64,000 nt of DNA from Lytechinus pictus (lineage: Eukaryota), in assembly GCF_037042905.1 (NCBI RefSeq), contig NC_087251.1, forward strand, positions 43,836,001-43,900,000, read 5' to 3'. This document shows, in pieces, positions 11,399-26,392 of this stretch (position 1 is the stretch's first letter; the number at the start of each line of letters is the position of its first letter). The translations under genes and the position numbers were made by a program. Under the pieces are notes generated by a model. That model saw nothing but the letters and a program-made list of their open reading frames with translations, searched no databases and was not told the origin of the DNA.

Positions 11399-14300
11399 TC
11401 TGTATTTCAAATGTCTCTGCAAACTAGTCGAGAAGAGTCGTTACGTTTCGGTGCCTTTTTCTGACAGCCGCTGATCGTAGATTGGCACCAACGCCATTCT
11501 GCAACCCTATTTATGCTTAGCGAGTCAGTATACGTGCGCCCATGCAGCCATCCAAAATAGCACCCTTGTCATTTTTAGGGACTTCCCCCGTATGCACCTT
11601 TGAGCATAACAGTCCGTCGGCAAGCCCAGAAAACGTAGCTTCTTTTATCCAAGTGATATTCATGACTATAGAGGGTTTTTGTAGGACCAAAACACCTTTT
11701 AGTCGGCCATTGCTGCTCTGAATATTGACCAAATTTCATGTTTTTGGTATCTTTGTAAAGAAGTAGAATCATTATTTTAGGTCATGTGTTTGGATTTTTA
11801 AAAGGATTTTGTAATATAGGGAAAACTTTTGATCTAAAACATGAAACAAAATCATTTTTTCATCTAACAAAAGTTGTTTTCACACCTAATTTCTGTTCGA
11901 GCACAAATGATTTTTATATTATGATAAAGCTGAAGATCTAAGCTTTAATATGATATAATTTTTACAAGAAGATGTATTTTAAGATGGGTCAGCAGCCAGC
12001 CTTTCATAGGCCAAGTACATTTAGCAGCTCAAAAACAAGAATACTGCGCTCTGATTGGTCATAGAGACCACACACCCACGCAAATTCCAATGTTCCCCAC
12101 ACTGGGCCTCTGCAAGGTCACACTCACCATGTGGTAATCTCTTCAAATTACCCGCCCCTGTTTTGAAAACATTATTAAGCCAATCAGAACTCTGGATTTT
12201 ATGTTACTCAGAAATTTCAGAAATCTCGTCTTGCATCTTGATGGAAAAAGCTGGCTGCTGACCCATCTAAAAGATGCCACATATCAAGAGTGACATTGTA
12301 AGAAAGTATAGAGTTTGAGCTTTCTGATTATATAAATAATGTTTGTGCCTAAAACACAAAATGTTGCACAATTTGCAAGTGAAAACAGAGGAAGAAAAGT
12401 TTGTTTGATGCACCTTTTCAGGTAATAAAATTCGCTTATTTATCAAAACATTTTATTCAAAAGAAATAACCAATATAAAAGAGTAACATTTACTCTTTCC
12501 CATGGTACAAAAATAATCGATATTACTCAAGGAGAAAGTGGTTAAATTCTTTGAGTAAGAAAGTCTCACAATTCACGAGATTTTGCAGGGACATGAATTC
12601 AGCCACGAGAGGAGTTGGATCAATCTTGCTCATTTGCTCATTAACACAGGGGTTTACAGACTGACTGGTAACTTGTTCCCCGGGGTTTGTATCAACTTGC
12701 CGCCCTTTCACATGGCAAAAAAAAAAAATCGTTATTTTAATGATGATTCCAGTGAAAATAAGGCTAATGACGAATATATTTAGCATGTGTGAAACTAAAC
12801 TAAAACATGACTAGAATCATGAACGCTAATCACAGTTACGATTACAGTAGGAATTCTCATTACAATGATGATTCAAGATTCACGTGTGAAAAGGCCCTTG
12901 GTCTAATACCAATTTCAATACCCGTAATGTCTAACCGCCACTTTGTCTAATAATCAGTTGGTCTATCCGCGACTCAGTCTAAAGCCCAAATGGTCTACTT
13001 TCCACTTCGTCCAGCTAATATTTTGCACTTGGTCAAATTCATCTAAAACTGTCATATATATCAAATAGATTTTACACGAATTGGGTAGAGCAAGAGTTAT
13101 TAATAATATATAGTTATTTACTACTCTGGGTAGAGCCAATAACTGTAAATTAGACAAAATGGTAATTAGACCAAGGAGACGAGCTGGTTATTAAAACGAA
13201 GTGTAAAAAATATTATTAGACCATGTGGGGGAAACCAAACGGTAGAGACAAAGTGTGTATTGAGTCTATAAACCAAGTGGCAACTTATCTTGGGTTTTCC
13301 ACCTCATCTTGGGTTTTCCACCTCATCTTTCTTCACGTGCAAAGAAGGGAACTTTTTCTCCATATAGAATGACCTTTTTTCGTCCCATCCGAGGAATATC
13401 CGAAGAGGTAATGGAGAAATGTTACAATGTCATATTTAGATGTTTGGAATATCTCACCAGAATACTATTTTAGATTAGAGATGTTGCATCTCACATAAAG
13501 ATGTTTATTTCACCATTGCATTTATACGCGCAGGATTATTCTACTATTCTTACCTTTGATTTAAATCATTCAAAATATGAAGGGAAGGAAGGTGGGGGGG
13601 GGGGGGCAAAAAGGAGGAAGTTGTATATTGTTTTACACCATTATAATAGACAAAGTTTTCTCTTTATCAAAAGAAACATTCACTCTTTGAAAAGGGATTG
13701 ATCAAAACCGTCATGTTGTTGATTAATTTTCTAATCCACACAAATATCTGTATTTCCCACACTTCTGGTACGTAAAAACAAAAACTTGCTCATAACGACA
13801 TCGGTAAATCATAAACAGTATTTCGCTGGATCATTCAGTTTTTATATACTAACACAATGAATAAATTATTTTTTTACCAAGAGGGTAAATTAACATAACA
13901 ACCACTACATGTATATAATATATAATAGTCATAATAGATTAAAAAGGTAAAAAATAATATCTTCTTTAGTATGCTCTTCCCCGATGGGTCTCTTTTGAAA
14001 TCATTCGAGATATTTTGATGTTAAAAAGCGAAATTGAATGCATACATTCTTTGAGAAGTGTCAAGTGGTTCAAATAATAATAATAATGATGATGATGATA
14101 ATAATAATGAAAATAATAATAATAGCAACAACAATGATAATGATATCAATAATATTGATAATAATAACAATGATAATACTATAATACTAATAATACAAGT
14201 TCACATCAATCTTGCGAGTCATAGTGTGGTCATGCTGTTGTTTCTAAACAAATTTGCATTTTTGCAAGGGAGTTATGTTTTTGTTTATAATGTGACTAAT

Positions 14301-16094
14301 TACAATAAGAAGTAACGAAGATTACACAGAAATAAAGCTCCATTTATATTATTCATGTCATCATAAGTCATATACGACGTTTAGAATGGCTTTAGGTTTA
14401 GATGACTATGTGCGACTATTATGGTCAAAGGAAGTTGACCTATACATCTAAATTTGTTAACTCATAGTTCATGGTGTATATGCCACAAAATGTTGCAGAT
14501 TACCGAATGAACCTTTTAAGCCTTGAACTCTTCCATTATTTCTTAAACCAGGCCACACCAGTTAGCATCATGATTTGGATCAATGAGTATAAAATGCAAA
14601 TAATCATGAAAGCAGTAGGTTTATTTCCAGTATAAAAGTGTTTGCTTGGTGAGTATATAGGATGTCGCCACTCTAATTTACCATCCGCCGAACTTTTGGG
14701 TGACAGTAAGTTCGCTGGCTCACTGTATATTTTGGTGTTTGGGGGTGGAGGCGGGGACGAGGAAATACGTGTATACCTATATCACACCACTTAATGCAGG
14801 AATCCTTTCTAGTTTCCAAGCCAACTTGGATACGCCGAGATCATCACAACCGCTTCGAATCTTGTTCTAAATGATAATTACAATTACAAATTCCATCTGT
14901 GTGTTGGATAATCCTATCTCGTTCTTTCATTTCTTTAATGACACCTTTTCTCCTCGTAGATTCAATGCGAGAACGAATACAAATGTGTTTTTAAATTAAT
15001 TTGATTTTAAATTTGTATTATACTGATTCTTAAATCTATTTTTGGATTCGCCTTGCCCCCCCAAAAAAAAAAATCTATATTTGATTGTAAATCTAGAAAA
15101 GTTGGAGTGGACGTTAATGTCATATAATCCTCACTGTTTGCTCCGCGTTCCTCATGTAGTTCGTAATACGGATCTTACTTCTATGTAGTACCTTGAGAAT
15201 GAATTTCTTGGTCCTTTTGGGGACCCTTTACAATATGATAATTATGCACAGTGCCGGGCACAGTGCCGAGGAAACGATGTATTTTGAAACTTACCGGCTA
15301 TGTTTATTTGTGTTGGCACAAAACAAAGATAAAACGGATAAATATTGAAGTAAAATATCATTATTGTAGTCTATAGTTTTCAAGATTATTCACCAAACCG
15401 CTACCGCTTTGGGGTTAAGGTCTTCCTGTTTTATAGGAATTAATATCTAGCATGTTTATTTCAGATATTATAGCTTTCCATCAATTAATGGTAATAATGA
15501 TAATGAGGATGATGATGATAATAGTAATACTAGTCATAAAGGTGATAATGATGATATAATGATAATAATGATAATAGCAATATTAGTAATAATAATAATA
15601 ATAATAATAAATAACGACAAATACAGGATTTTGAGTAATTATACCAAATCTTGTGTTTAATCGTCACTTTCAACGAATATTAATGAATTGCAAACTTTTC
15701 AATAGAAATGATAATTACATGGGGCCTTCTCTATATAACGTTCAAGCAACAAACATTGATATATAGGCCTATGCTTTTTTAATTTCTTGAATTAGGAAAG
15801 AAAAAATAATAATATTTTTCAAACAAAGCAAAAAATAATGTTCTTTAAAATGTAATATCTTGGGCATTCCATACGAGCCTCTCGAGTAAAATGTAACAAA
15901 AAGCTATACACACTCTCAGAACCACGAATCGATTCATTCCAATGGTTGAAGAAATGATGCCAAAAGGGAGGGGTATAAAAAAAGAAACATCCCTTCTCAC
16001 ATTTTTCGGGATTCTTTTTTTCTATGGAGTTCCTATAACAAAATGCGTCGTGTTTTACTCTATGTTCTAATCAAGTATTGTTTATAGTCAAAGG

Positions 16095-16793
16095 TTTTTG
16101 TCTCGCCTGCATAGCAGAGTGAGACTATAGGCGCCGCTTTTCCGACGGCGGCGGCGGCGTCAACATCAAATCTCAACCTTTTAAGGTTAATTTTTTTTTA
16201 ATGACATCATAACTTAGAAAGTATACGGACCTAGTTCATGAAACTTGGAACTAAGGGTAATCAAGTATAACTGAATATCCTGCCTTGGTTTCAGGTCACA
16301 TGACCAAGGTCAAAGGTTATTTAGGGTCAATGAACCTAGACCATGTTGGGGAATCAATATCGAAATCTTAACCTAAGGTTAAGTTTTGAAATGTCATCAT
16401 AACTTTGAAAGTATATGGACCTAGTTCATGAAACTTGGACATAAGGGTAGTGGACTATTACTGAATATCCTGCCCGAGTTTCAGGTCACATGACTAAGGT
16501 CAAAGTCATTTAGGGTCAATTAACTTTGGGCATGTTAAGGGTATTTGTTGAATTTCCATCGTAACTTTGAAAGTTTATGGATCGAGTTCATAAAAGGGTA
16601 ATCAAGTATAAATGATTGTTTTGCACACATCTTAGATCACATGATCATGGTCAAAGGTCATTTTGGGTCAATGGACATAGTATTTATGAATGTTTTCTTT
16701 TGTGAATAACCATTCAATAGCTGTTTTCAAAGTTAGCACAGTTATATCGAATCGCGTAAAGCAGGCGAGACTGCCAGAGGCGTTCCACTTGTT
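16095..16793 (+). mobile_element. DINE-1/HINE (Helentron-associated)-like element, copy 1
   Basis: T-rich ends, subterminal IR GTCTCGCCTGC / GCAGGCGAGAC, (GGC)n microsatellite, about 3 core repeats. Confidence 0.8.
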
Positions 16794-17320
16794 GAAATGT
16801 TATCAGCAATGTTCAATTTCTAATATATATTGTTGTAGGGGCGGATCTAGCTTTTTGCTGTATAGGAGGGGGCTTAACCAGTTGTTTTGACCAGGGAGCT
16901 ACGACGTACTGCATCCTAACCCCCCCCCCCCCCCCCATTCCCGAATAGATCCGCCATCGTATACTGCTTGCGCGACCCTCGTCAGCAAGAAAGAGGGTGT
17001 TGGAGTTCTATCCCATTCCCTCCTTGTTTTAATGGAGCCCAAGGAGGGAGGGGGTGTTAAATCCTTAACTCCCCACCCCCTAGATCCTTCACTCTGTTTC
17101 TTGAAGTTGAACATTGCCGTTTAAATGTCTCCAAAAAAAATACACGGGTTGTTTAAGCCTGGTATTAGTGTGTAACAGTCCCTGAATAATCCTTAACACG
17201 GATGTGACATCGTTGACCAAAAAATTTATCAGTATCATTCTTGAAGAGGGGGGGGGGGGCGAGTTTGACTCGTATTACGGGGTTCTGAATTCTCCAGTGG
17301 TATGCTTTAGTAAGAATTAT

Positions 17321-19076
17321 CCCCGGGGGCACTTCCATTGACGAGTGGATACCATGCGTGACAAAAAAAAACCGTAAAAGGATCTCCTTTTCAAGATAGG
17401 GCACGTTATTTTAGTGTTTTTGACACCCGTACCGTATACGTACATAACATAATACGGGTGTCAATAACACTAAAATAATGAAATATCTATATATATATAT
17501 ATATATATCATTTCGTGGAGGCGTCGCGTCGTGGTGTAGCGGTTCTGACTCTCGCCTTGCAATCAATCGTGTGTTCGAATCCCACCACGGCCTAGGGTCC
17601 TTTGGCAAGGCGTTAATCCACACTTTACCACTCTCCACCCAGGTGTTAAATGGGTACCCGGTAGGATGCGAAAGCCTATATGTAGTATGCCTAGCGATTG
17701 AGTCTTGGAACTCTTGTTGGAATGCTCCCCAGGGAATGGAGAAAGTGCATATATTGTGTGTGGGCATGTCAGGATCCGATGACCGGGGTAATAATAATTG
17801 CAATGTAAAGCGATTAGAAACAAAGTGTAATAAGCGCTATATAAATGTAACTATTATTATTATATATTTCTCTAGGAAAGTACGTGTATACGGTCCAATT
17901 TGCGAGGGTAAAACAGACTAAAAATAAAAGGGTGTCGTGTTTAGGGTCCGAATTGAGCGAGGTGTATGGGGTGGTACTAAACCCAATGAAAGTAAAGGTA
18001 AAGCCGACGTCCGTGACATCGTTGTATATACTTGTTTAGGGGGTCAATTCAGGGAATACTTTTTTTAATAGAAGCAGAGTTATATTTTGATTAATCTTCA
18101 ACACAAAATAATCAAATTATTTACTGAACTGGCCTCTTCGAGCAAATAGGTACTGTGCTTAAATGAATGTGCACAATTCTAGTAGAATTGAATTTTGTAC
18201 TTATTAAGGAAGATTTCATATACAAGTATGTATCTCTATAATAATTATATTCTGTAATCACTGTTATGCTTTCTTATGCTTTCTTGCCATCGTCATCTAT
18301 ACTCTGTTTGAAGAGTCATGCTGGTCATTACATTATCACAGTATATTCATCCTTTAATTTTCAGTATTTTTAGTGCCATAATTATCAACTTTCAGATCCA
18401 ATATAAAGATGTTATAAATGTATATGCATTAATAATTACCTTCATTTTGGTTATTATGATATTTATATTCCTAAATTTCAGTTCTAAATTTATTTACCTA
18501 TAATACTGATTACCTTATCCTTAGACCCCTTTGAATATAACATTAAGTTGAAATCGGACATCTACATTTACATTTAGTGCAATCATTTTCAATTTGATAA
18601 TCCCTATTCATTTTCTGATTCGATTATTTTCATGCAAATTTTACCAGTATATCCAGTGCATCGGTTTGTTGGGCGGAGGGGCCATTAGGTCACAGTGATT
18701 AAGTTTGCTCTCCTCTTCCCTGGCCACCAACTGATGCACTGGGCAAACTGCTATCAAATATTGCACGTACCTGTATAATTTTTATGTCATTTTATGTAAT
18801 GTTTGATATTGCTTTGTAAATATTGAATAATTATGTTTGAAGTGCCGAATAAATAAATATCGAAAATAAAATACAAAGACATGAATATACAAAGGAAACA
18901 TACATCTAGTTAACATGAATTCGGGGAATACTTGTCAAGGGTACCGTTTGTATCCAATACTTGTTAAGGGTAAGGTTTCACACTCGGGGTGCATTTTCAG
19001 AACGTGGAAAATACTTGTTTAAGGTGCTTTTCGAAACCCCATGGTCACGCATGGTATTCACTCGTCAATGGAAGCA
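17321..19076. mobile_element. TIR DNA element hosting the SINE
   Basis: CTTCCATTGACGAGTGGATACCATGCGTGAC at 17332 and its reverse complement at 19044-19074. Confidence 0.7.
17518..17862 (+). mobile_element. tRNA-derived SINE (partial 3' copy at ~7470-7672)
   Basis: A box TGGTGTAGCGG, B box GTTCGAATCCC, central CCACCCAGGTGTTAAATGGGTACC, (TAT)n tail. Confidence 0.85.
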
Positions 19077-22000
19077 GGGGCGGATCCAGCTTCCGCCAAT
19101 AAGGGGGGGGGGGGCCGAATTTTTTTTCATCCATAGTTTTCCAGATCGGCCGCTCAAAGTTGATTTTTGTTTGTTTATTTGAAGGGGTTGTCCCAGTGAT
19201 GTAATGAGCCAAAAATTTTGAGGGGGCTCGATACGGCGTACTGTGCAAAATTAATGAGAAGGAGCGAGCAAAAATTTTGACATTTTTATGAAAAAATCAA
19301 AGTTTGTGATAGATTTTTACACTTGGAAAAAATAGGCCTATATTTCACCCTTATCCCTTTCCTTTTCTCTTTTTTTTTCTCGGTCGTGAAATATTGTTGA
19401 ATAAAAAATATTGTTGAATAAAAAATATTGTCAAATAAATTCTCTTTTAAGGGCTTTTCTTTTAAATCATCAAATATGAATTATATTCTGACTTGTCTAA
19501 TTAAGTCCATGGAACTTAATCGAATCTCACTAAGCTACAATAATCAAGATTTGACACGTTCCATGCAAAGAATAATAAAGATTAGTTAATGTTCGTTTCC
19601 TTCCAATTATATGTAGGCCCCAGTTTTAACTGTGACTTTATTTAAGTTACATTACGTATATGACCGAGCGAAACACTAAATGAATGACCAAACATCTATC
19701 GGGGCGGCCATTTTCTCCCGGTTTTTTTTTTTGGGGGGGGGGGGTAAAGCCCCTAAATATTTTGAAAAGTGAAAATAATCTTTATTATATCAAAATACGT
19801 TAATGGCTTACGTTAATACGACAATTTCAATATGAAACTAATAAGAAAATAATAAACATGTTGAGTGCACTTTGATTCATCCATAATGAATTCATGATTC
19901 AGATTTCATGTAAGTTTTGGCCCAAGTTTGGCGTTGACTTTCTTCGCTATAATATACGCAGTGCGAAGAGGGCGAATTCAGTTTTCTTTAAAAAGATTAA
20001 CGGTTTGAAAAATGTCGAAATAATTACCAAATTCTCCATTGTTTTAGAACGTCAGTGGTAGGAAACTGTGTCTGTGATAATTATTTAAAATGTAATTAAA
20101 AGGGCAGTTGTGAGAAAACATGGCTGCGTATCCGTTCACGGTGCCTTGTGACTATTCTTGATTATATATAATCACGCGTTGTTTTATCACGGGGCATAAA
20201 ATGAGTGCACCGGCGCTGTAATTGCAATTGAAGTAGTTTAAACTGGTTCAATTCTATTTACTGCATTCTGTTTCTGTCAAACGAACCAACTGTGTCAGAT
20301 TGTTCAACCTAGCCGAGAGCAGTCATGCCTTCATGGAGGTTTTTTTTTGTTCGTCTCTGAAAGGGAAGTGATTCTGTTTTTATACACCTTGGAGTATTCG
20401 ATGCTTCATTTAAGATGAGGAACAGCGTCTCTTATAATTCTGATTAAAATGTATGCATTTCTTCCTATTCATGGGTGTATTGTTTGTTTTTTCATTTTAT
20501 TTTGAAAACGGGAAACGACAGTTTGGTGTGGTATACTTTTAGATAGTGTGATTGATGACGGTTATTTTGTTTCTGTATAAATAATGATCTAATTTCACGG
20601 ATGAATGTAGAGATGATTTGTTTGGTACACCATGTTCTGGGGGGCGTTTCATGAAAGGACTTGTCGGACGTTTTATCCGACAAGTCCCATTTTATCCGAC
20701 AGTTACCATAGGAACAGTGCCTCTCAGCCAATCAAAATCATGGAAAGATGTCAGAAAATATTGATGAAACGCTCCCCAAATCTGTCCCCACCTTTTTTTA
20801 CACTTTTTTTACACTAAACTGTGGTATTGATTTAACACCAGTCCGGAATCTATAACCACACCTGAGCAGTGTTGAAACAGCACCGGTTTGAAATTAAATC
20901 GATGCTGTTTTAACACTAATTGGTGTTGTATAAACGCATATATGGAATTAGTCCAAAACCAAACCAATGTTGTTTTAACACTTCTCTGGTGTGGTCACAT
21001 ATAAATTCCGGACTGGTGTTAAATCAACATCGGATTTTTTGCAGTGTAATAATAAGAGCGTAAGAACTTCATTGTAGATTCATTTTAGATTACTGTGATT
21101 GTGTATATCCAAACTTGCTGACGTAAAGTAACATCAAGATGACAAACTCATCAGTTCAAACAAGCAAATCGGATCCATGACTAAGAATTTTATTGTTGAT
21201 GAATGGGTATAGAATAATGTTATAGCAGTATCATGATTTTCGTAAACCACCTACATTATAACATTCATTATATTTGTTTCAATCATTTCATTTCTTTATT
21301 AACTGACCCATTTACTTATTCAAGTCCAGTAACTTACATAATTTGTATTCAGGGACCGGCGCCAGGATTTTTGGTAGGGAAGGATAGACAACCTAAAGTG
21401 TAACGTTATATTTCTCGCAATTGAATGTCAGGAGTAGGCATAATTATTTTTCAAACTTAGGGCCTACTTTTCTCCACGTTTTTCTCCTTTTTCTTATTTT
21501 TTCTCTACTTGGGGCTGGTGACCGCTTTTGCCCCCTTATATGACGCAGTCCCTTCGCATATTGTAAATATAATAAAATGAAGGAGTATATAACAAAACGT
21601 TTAATCCACGAAACGTCTTGCCCTCTAAATATTCTGAAAGGTATTCTGATAGGTTTAACCCGATTGCAGTATAGTAGGCCTATATATAGAATATAAATTA
21701 TACTATACACTTCTTTTCTTCTATATTCACGGAAAGATAATGTGGGCAAATTAATTTATCGAAATTCGTTGTATTTTCTTATTTTCCCCGCTGTCCTCAT
21801 TTCATGACACAATTATTTTTATCTGATCATTTTTTTTGGCCAAGGGATTGGTGTATTATTTTGTTTTCGTGGTGAATGAGTGGACAACTAGCACTTCACA
21901 CAAAAAATAGCTGTCAGAATACTACCCTGCACGACCTTATAGGGGCCAATGAGTGACATAATGTATTCTCATTTGATTTTATAAGATTTTATGTGATACA

Positions 22001-23131
22001 TCGTATACTGTTTAATTAATCAATGAATGGATTAATCGTTTTGAATGATATTTTAGTTTGTGAATTAAAACATTTAAAAACAGTTTATAGTCTTACCATC
22101 GAGTAACATGTTACATGTCAATCTTATAAGCCACGTGGAATAAAATCCCTTGTGATTGTTTGGACTTGTCCCACGAGTGACACTATTGTGGTTCTATAAT
22201 TAACCTTTTGCTTTACGTCATCACGAAATCTGTGGGATGATACAAGTGTATTATCTTCTTTTTTTTAAATGGTGTACCACGTATGTCATCTATAGTCTGC
22301 AGGCACAGACCCTGATTGAAACTTTGACCAACGAAGGTGTCTCCGCGCAAAGACTAGCACATACAAAACGAGAGGGCCTTCAGTACACAAGGCACGAGTA
22401 TATGCTCCAATTCAGACCCTTAACTCGAGTGAAGGGTTTGCACAGCAGACTATGTGTCATCCATCATTGAAACAGATCTATTAATAGTGAATATTATCTC
22501 GTGAAGTGTTAATTTTGTTTTAAGTATTTACTTCTATTAGTACGTGACATGTACTTACATGACGTATTATTACGCAAAATAGAGCACCACAGAGAAGCTA
22601 ACATTATAATGCCAGCAGGATTACTCACCTCGATATTCATGATAATGAAGGTTGTTGTCATTCAAAATATATGAATGTTTAATCAATCAATCAGTTGATG
22701 AGTAATCTTATCTCTAAAATCTGTTTGATCATCCCGTGATAAATAATCGATAATGAGATAATTGAGATAGTTTCCGAGGGTCAATAGCCCACCCTCCTCT
22801 TATCCTTCTCTCTCCAAAATTACGTAGTCCCACGCGAAAAGGAATAATCATAAACCGTGGGATTTGAAAGACAAACAGCGCAAGTTCCTCCGATATTTAT
22901 AATCAGATATTCATTTTTTTTTTATTAATGAGATCATGATCTCGAACAATATAGACCCTAACTATAATATCACTTGAGTGGGTGGTTTTAGGCATGTTGT
23001 AGCAGTTTCCTTTCGTTTGTAAATGGCTATTCATTGTAAGTCATAAGCTACTGAATTAAAAAATATACCACCCCCGCCACACACATACTATTGCTTTGTG
23101 AATACCATTAGGATGGACGTAAAAGATAAAT

Positions 23132-23296
23132 CGGAAGTAGTATGACAGTATGGTGGACATAATTATTAATACTAGAAAAAAATTTCAAGCGAATAACGTC
23201 CAAGGCTCACGAAAAAGGAAGTAGTATGACAGTATGGTGGACATAATTATTAATACTAGAAAATTTTCAAGCGAATTACGTCCAAGCTCACGAAAA
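23132..23296. repeat. Tandem duplication of ~84 bp
   Basis: GGAAGTAGTATGACAGTATGGTGGACATAATTATTAATACTAG occurs twice. Confidence 0.9.
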
Positions 23297-23574
23297 CCAT
23301 TATAGTCCCGTAGCTAGACTTTTGATCAAACCATGGAGCTATTAACACAGACGATAAACGAACACCAGTATCCGAACATTGGAACATATTGTGAGGAGGA
23401 CTTGCATTGATGCTGCATGCATGTGGTGCCTACAAAACCCAAAATGTGAATTAAAAAATAGTATGTGGAAAAAATATAGCAAAAAGAGATAAATCTTCTT
23501 GCGGAATTAAATTATTATGATTATAGTCAAGCAGTTATTACTCAGCATGTATATACCGAACAAATCCAGAAGGC

Positions 23575-23945
23575 ATAGAACAGAGCAGCTCGTATCATAT
23601 TAAGATTAAAACCAGAGTCACACATCTGTCGCTGAGCTGCATAATTATCTGGGCTGGCAATTTCTTAAAAAAAGGAGAAATCTACATTGTATTGCTTTTA
23701 TGTATATACATGGTAATGCACGAACTAACTCCTCAGTATTTAATGAATTCAAGATCGCACCTCAATATTACTCTTCTCGTTATGGCGAAACACTACTTTT
23801 ACCTAAACCACGGACAGAATTCCTTAAGAAATCTTTTAAATATAGAGGTGCCAAGGTATATAATGCACTACCTTTGGACTTCAAATTGTCTCCTACTGTA
23901 AACAGTTTCAAAACTTAATTATCATCTCACTTCGGTGACCTGCTT
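23575..23945 (+). pseudogene. Degraded LINE (CR1/L2 group) RT 3'-end fragment
   Basis: LLLPKPRTEFLKKSFKYRGAKVYNALP...SFKT motif, with frameshifts. Confidence 0.75.
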
Positions 23946-24246
23946 ACCTTGTCATAAAGTCAATATTGTATGCTTTTTTTTTCTTTCTTCCCCTTCTCCT
24001 TCCCCATTGTTGCCTTAACAAACTTTAAATTACTCTAACTGATTCTGATCTTATTCAACTGAATAGTTCCACAAAGTGCATTCTTCTTTTTACTTTTTAT
24101 TTTTACTTCTTATATGAATCCAGTGTATATACATGTTTTATATATTTATTCCGACGTTGTCTCAATGTAATATGTATTTTTATTCAGAATTCCCTTCAAT
24201 ATTTTTACGCTCTTAGTTGTCCTCTTAAAATTTGTATGCGTGAACC

Positions 24247-25416
24247 CAGTGGCGTAACTACGGGGGGGGGGGGGGGGGCATGGGGGGCGTGCCCCCATCG
24301 GCTGTCCAAAAAAAAAACGGGAAAAGGAGAAAAAGAGAAAAAAGAGGGAGAAAGGAAGAGAAACGCAGCGGGAAAGAAGAAATTATTGTATATTATAATT
24401 ATAATAATAATTATGTTATATTGCATTAAAAAAAAAATTCATAACTTTATGAAACATTATTTGCTCAGGGCCTATGTCTTCATTGTTCCTGGTGGTCGCA
24501 TTGTCTGTTTAACGAGATATATAATCCTGCTGTACTAAAACCTCCCATTTTCAAGTCAATATACACCAAATATATTTCCTCGCACTTCGAGTTATTATTG
24601 TTTTATGTAGTGACATATGCTTCTTTTTCATGACTACTTAAAGTGATTGCCCCATTTTAAGGTCTTAATATAAAACATTTCCTGTCCGTGCTTACGTTCG
24701 CATTAGTGGATTGGTGATATATGCCTGCTCTTCATGAATTTCTAAAATCAGTCCTTAAAATGTCCCTTTGTCTAAGTTAAATCTGAATATAAAAAAATTT
24801 CAGCTCGCGCTTCGCGCTCGCATCATTCGGTTAGTGAAATACGTATGGTCTTATTTAATTCCTACAAACAAGCCTTAGAATGCCCATCTTCAGGCCTGAA
24901 TTTCCTAAATATTCAGCTCGCGCTTCGCGCTCGCAATATTTGATTAGTGAGATGCGTATGATAATCGTGATTGCGACTAAAAAAAGTGCTTCGTGTGTTT
25001 AGATGTAATTTTAACAAAATCAGCAGGCGCTTGACACTCGCATTAGATGACTATGGTGAGATAGATATACTCTTAATGGATTCCTTTAAAAAATAGTCCT
25101 TAAAATATCCCTGTATGGGGTCAAAATATACAAAAATTTCAGCTCGCGCTTCGCGCTCGCATTGTTTGTTTAGCGAGACAGGTACGTATCATGATTACAA
25201 AAAATTTGCTTATAATGTCCCTTTTTGGGTCTGAATATGAAAAAATTTTAGCTCGCGCTTCGCGCTCGCATTATTTGATCAATGACATACATATCCGTTT
25301 AATGCACTGTACTTAAAGTGTCTCTATTAGTTCAGTATACCTAGCAACGCGCTCACTAAGTGACTCAAAATTGTTGCCGGTGTCCCCCCAATGCCGTGAC
25401 CCACGGTACGCCACTG
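24247..25416. mobile_element. hAT-like non-autonomous element with internal CAGCTCGCGCTTCGCGCTCGCA repeats
   Basis: TIR CAGTGGCGTA / TACGCCACTG; 8-bp TSD CGTGAACC. Confidence 0.88.
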
Positions 25417-26059
25417 CGTGAACCAAAACCGTGTGTTATATGACAGTTTACAATCATTGTATATTCATTTTATTATTCCTTGCTCCTTGCGAAAACTTTT
25501 TTCAGTAATATGATAGCAGCATATTTCATTCAATTCATTCATTTTATATAATATTTCGTGTAAATTCTTGCCAAACTATTGAATTTTATGATCTTTACTA
25601 TTAGTAACATCACACATGATATATTATAACACTTTTGTTATTTTGTTTCATTTACCGTATATGTTATGCTGCTTTCATATGTGTTGTCGACTAAACTGAA
25701 TATGGGCTATCCATCCGTTTTGCTTTTTTATACGGAAAATAAATATACTATACTATACTTTGTAAAAGATGACTTTTTTCCCTGAACAGAATAGAAATAA
25801 TCTCTTTTGCACATAATTGTACAAGAAAACAAAAATGGATAAAAGATTATTTTAAAGGTTAATTAGAGGAAGGTTATTTGAATAAAACGTCCCTACACAC
25901 TCACCTTACCCCTATACCCCTCCCCCCTCATCTCTCTCCCCAGACACTCACTTCAAAACTCAACACCCGTCCACCACCCACAACTCCCCCCCCCCCCTTT
26001 TTCCCGTCACAAAACTCACCCATCCATCTATTACGAGTGCACACCTAGTTACCAATAAT

Positions 26060-26384
26060 CAGTGGCGTACCTAGGATTTTTCACAGGGGGGGGGGGGGGG
26101 GCAAAACCGTCCGCCCAAAAATTTGACAAGCAAAAAAAAAAAAGGTCTTCAATCACAAATGAAGGATTTCGTACCAGAAAAAAATTTGACAAGCAAAAAA
26201 AAAAAAAAAAAAAAAGAGCTTCAAGCTCGTCAGGGGGGCCAATAAAGGTCTTCAAGCTCGTCAGGGGGGGAAAAAATGTCTTTCAAGCTCGTCAGGGGGG
26301 CAGGGATACGTCCTTTGCATGGGTTGTGGCTCGTCAGGGGGGGGGGGGCAGACTGCCTCCCCCCCCCCCGTAGGTACGCTAGTG
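26060..26384. mobile_element. hAT-like MITE
   Basis: TIR CAGTGGCGTACCTA / TAGGTACGCTAGTG; 8-bp TSD CCAATAAT. Confidence 0.85.
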
Positions 26385-26392
26385 CCAATAAT

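Noticed and set aside
9812..14315. Short Asn-, Ile- and Ser-rich ORFs
   Set aside because: Derived from (AAT)n, (TAG)n and (CA)n repeats, with no splice or homology support.
17518..17592. tRNA gene
   Set aside because: A and B boxes are present but the cloverleaf is degenerate and runs into a SINE body and tail.
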